Source: an uncultured virus (IMG/VR IMGVR_UViG_3300029305_004206) (Duplodnaviria; Heunggongvirae; Uroviricota; Caudoviricetes). Taken from it: DNA of 20,000 nucleotides. The notes under the pieces were generated by a model, which was not told where the DNA came from, searched no databases, and was given only the letters and a program-made list of their open reading frames with translations. Positions 17,699 to 20,000 of the stretch are shown piece by piece. Where the stretch lies: IMG/VR virus record IMGVR_UViG_3300029305_004206; one strand, written 5' to 3'. Position numbers and translations under genes: made by a program. Numbering within the stretch: position 1 is the stretch's first letter; every line of letters begins with the position of its first letter.

Positions 17699-18616
17699 TC
17701 AAATAAGTATAGATAGTTTTCAGGTATTTTTAAATCTTTATAGTGAAAAGAATTTAATTTTAACGAATAACCAACTACTATAAAATACTTTTCAGAAATT
17801 TCTTTCATTAGCTCTAATTGTATTGAATCATCTTTTTCTTTCATAGCATATTTAATTGCTGTATTAAAGAATTCAATTAGTTTTTCATTGTTTTTCTTCT
17901 GAGGTTCATTATAATAAGGAAATCCTATTCCATCATCATATTTCTTTTCATCTTTTTTAGAAATTTTTTCTTGTTCTTTTTTAATTATAAAATTATTGTA
18001 TTCATCTTTAGATAAATATTTTATATATTTTTTAAAATAATTATATTTAAGAACTTCTTTAGTATCTGGTACTACTTCTCTATCAATAGTATATTCACTT
18101 GAATTGTGCCATCCTGCACCAGTTTTATATCCTTTAATTTTTAATCCATATAAATAGATAGGATTATTGTCTATATATTTTCTAATAACACTTTCAGGTG
18201 CTATATCCGAATTTATATAAAAGATTCCACCAGATTCTCTACGGTATTTTTTGTATATTTTAGTTCTTTCTTTTCTATCTCGATCTAAAGTTAAATCAAT
18301 ATTCTCTTTATTTATAACAAAAGATGTTAAAGCAATTCTTAAACCATATATATCACACCATTCTTTTTCTCCAGCAATCCAAAAAGAAGAAAATCTCGGT
18401 TTGGATAATTTAGTACCTGGATTAAAAGAATAAGGTTTAATCGTCTCTGTATTATATTCAGATACTCTCCATAATTGTATCTTTGAAAAAAAACTCTTTT
18501 GGTCCATGAGCTATTAATGATTCAAATTTTTCATTTAATATTTCTTCTGATGGATTTACAGATTTTAAGAATAATGAATTTTCTTTAAGTTCTTTTTGAT
18601 TTTCATTTAAAACCAT
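17692..18616 (-). CDS. Stand-alone ADP-ribosyltransferase-like protein with MVLNENQ leader, interrupted by a frameshift in a T8 run (track ORF 17692-18507 is the 3' part)
   Basis: The SD-led ATG at 18616 gives MVLNENQKELKENSLFL...GPKEFFFKDTIMESI* (stop at 18458). Removing one T at 18486-18493 joins it to FSKIQLWRVSE...SSFW...SEYTID (307 aa), which is clearly homologous to the ART-like module of the giant protein. Confidence 0.7.
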
Positions 18617-18617
18617 T

Positions 18618-18645
18618 TATCTTCACATCCTTTCTTTATTATTTT
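18618..18645. repeat. 28-bp direct repeat, copy 2 (RBS of the ART gene)
   Basis: Identical to 17671-17698. Confidence 0.95.
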
Positions 18646-18648
18646 CAT

Positions 18649-18660
18649 TAATAGTAAGTT
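18649..18660 (-). promoter_or_regulatory. Putative late promoter AACT-N6-TA
   Basis: AACT-TACTAT-TA lies between the hairpin and the RBS repeat. Similar motifs occur at 19946-19957 and 19272-19284. Confidence 0.4.
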
Positions 18661-18686
18661 CCGAATATGATTTTAAGGATTAATAT

Positions 18687-18719
18687 TCCCCTATGAGTCG
18701 TTTAATAACTCATAGGGGA
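18687..18719. terminator. Perfect 12-bp hairpin with 9-nt loop, sequence-related to the 10780-10818 hairpin
   Basis: TCCCCTATGAGT-cgtttaata-ACTCATAGGGGA lies 6 nt after the stop at 18726. Confidence 0.75.
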
Positions 18720-18725
18720 TATAAA

Positions 18726-19220
18726 TTATCTTTCTGAAGTTCTGTTAATAGTTTCTTTAATTTTATTAGCCATTTCTTCGAATTCTTTTTTCTTCTTAGG
18801 ATCTTTAGTTTTCGCTGCAACTCGCTGTAAATCTTCCATAATATAAATTGCATCTTTTTTACAATCTTCATATTCAGATGTTTCAGCTAAGTGTACTAAA
18901 GCACGATCAATAGCTGCGACAATCCACCCAAAGAATAGAGAAAAAGGTCCAAAGATAATTTGTAAGGTAGCATCCAAATTGAAGTAAACCTGAACTATTT
19001 TTCTAAATACACTTAAGCCTTGAGATCTATTTGATCTAATACTAAATTCATCGTTACTTCTTGCAATTCTTTCTGCTTTTTCAATATCTCTCTTTAGAGC
19101 TTCAATATCTGGATGATCCTTTGCAAAATTTCTAAAGCTTCCCCAGAAATCATACTTTACAGCTTCTGAAAGGAACATAGAATTTTCCTGAAGAATTCTC
19201 TGGTTTTCATTTAAAATCAT
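18726..19220 (-). CDS. MILNENQ-leader protein with a hydrophobic segment; putative internal head/ejected protein
   Basis: MILNENQRILQENSMFLSEA leader, hydrophobic LQIIFGPFSLFFGWIVAAI, and a C-terminal charged helix. SD AAAGGGAG. Confidence 0.75.
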   Translation of the reverse strand: MILNENQRILQENSMFLSEAVKYDFWGSFRNFAKDHPDIEALKRDIEKAERIARSNDEFSIRSNRSQGLSVFRKIVQVYFNLDATLQIIFGPFSLFFGWIVAAIDRALVHLAETSEYEDCKKDAIYIMEDLQRVAAKTKDPKKKKEFEEMANKIKETINRTSER

Positions 19221-19305
19221 TTCTTTTCATCTCCCTTTATTAGATTATTTTATCTAGATATATAATCTACTTAATATATTAGTTAAATAGATATAAAAAA
19301 GTACT

Positions 19306-19920
19306 TTATTTTTTCCTTCCACTAGCTAAAAATACATTTGACCCTATTTCAAAATCTTTAGAATCAACAAAACTGTTTTTCCAAACATAATGAAGATATA
19401 CTTCAACTTCATTATTTTTTACTTTATGAGTAATTATTGCGGAATATAATGGATAAATTTTACTATCATTACCTTCTACAAACTGGGTGAATATAGTACA
19501 ATGTTCTTCATTAGTCTTGCTATTCTTAAATGTAAGAAGAGTTGCATAGAGACCATCATTAATAATTTCATCTGTAATATGACGAGCTACATAAAGTGCG
19601 GTAGAACCTTCATCAGAATCCATTTTTGAAATAATTAAATTCTTAGATTTTAAATTTCTTTCTATATTATTGATGTCCTTTAGAATTTTATTTATTTCAT
19701 CATTATGTGTTGGTGTTTTAGAAAATAAGCCTTCTGATAAAAATACATCTTCCTTTAGAATTTTATTTCTTAAATCTTTAATCTTATTATTAACAGCTGA
19801 TATAACTATATCTCTCTTTTTCTTAAATCTAACAGGAACAGATCTGAAGAAATCCCTAATACCTTCATTAAGAAAAATAGATTCAGATTTAAGGTTAATC
19901 TGGTTTTCATTAAGTATCAT
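19306..19920 (-). CDS. MILNENQ-leader protein; putative internal head/ejected protein
   Basis: MILNENQINLKSESIFLNEG leader with an internal echo ILKEDVFLSEG. SD AAAGGAAGTG. Confidence 0.75.
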   Translation of the reverse strand: MILNENQINLKSESIFLNEGIRDFFRSVPVRFKKKRDIVISAVNNKIKDLRNKILKEDVFLSEGLFSKTPTHNDEINKILKDINNIERNLKSKNLIISKMDSDEGSTALYVARHITDEIINDGLYATLLTFKNSKTNEEHCTIFTQFVEGNDSKIYPLYSAIITHKVKNNEVEVYLHYVWKNSFVDSKDFEIGSNVFLASGRKK

Positions 19921-19945
19921 ATTTTTTCACTTCCTTTCATATACT

Positions 19946-19957
19946 TAATTATAAGTT
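19946..19957 (-). promoter_or_regulatory. Putative late promoter AACT-N6-TA (contains TATAAT, so a host sigma-A -10 box is an alternative)
   Basis: The minus strand reads AACT-TATAAT-TA, about 25 nt upstream of the 19920 start. Confidence 0.4.
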
Positions 19958-20000
19958 TTGTATTATGAGAACAAAAAAAAATCTTTAGATGATTAAAAAT

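Noticed and set aside
17692..18507. MDQKSFF start of the 271-aa ORF
   Set aside because: It has no SD. The SD-led ATG at 18616 carries the family leader and joins via a single-base change in the T8 run.
10755..18719. CRISPR array, or transposon ends formed by the repeats and hairpins
   Set aside because: There are only two copies of each, kilobases apart, with no regular spacers and no transposase, integrase or cas gene in the window.
3432..19948. All plus-strand ORFs in the track (3432, 6933, 7743, 8584, 9154, 11457, 13752, 15357, 15929, 18251, 19670)
   Set aside because: They lie antisense to well-supported minus-strand genes, have the Phe/Ile/Ser-rich composition typical of shadow frames, and show no recognisable motifs. 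The apparent SD of the 3432 ORF is part of a hairpin stem.
1..20000. Stop-codon reassignment as an explanation for the split genes
   Set aside because: Standard code 11 gives dense, long ORFs including 2280 aa, and all three breaks are frame changes rather than in-frame stops.

Overview
A very AT-rich window in which every credible gene lies on the minus strand, with strong Firmicutes-type Shine-Dalgarno sites. It reads as part of a jumbo phage genome of the broad phiKZ/AR9(PBS1)-like type; this is inferred from protein motifs and promoter-like motifs, not from a search. Three blocks are separated by long hairpins with 9-nt loops. (i) 10829-19920 is a putative late block of head-packaged (ejected) proteins. 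Three small genes share an N-terminal M[IV]LNENQ..L....FL.E leader, and a 2280-aa polyvalent protein carries DUF6582-like, clan-CD protease-like, internal-head-like, GNAT, ADP-ribosyltransferase-like, metallophosphoesterase and degenerate P-loop modules separated by L/I/S-x-E motifs that resemble prohead-protease sites. A stand-alone ART paralogue is bracketed by an exact 28-bp direct repeat. (ii) 3467-10524 is a putative early operon: MoxR AAA+ ATPase, HExxH-peptidase/vWA partner, an unannotated 36-aa membrane peptide, a DUF2325 protein and PC4/YdbC. (iii) 1-3336 holds a BECR-like protein, a degenerate 5'-3' exonuclease-like protein, a Cys-rich protein and a probable baseplate-hub-like virion gene running off the left edge. 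Three genes look split by single-base frameshifts, which may be assembly errors. I saw no tRNA, rRNA, CRISPR array or transposase.
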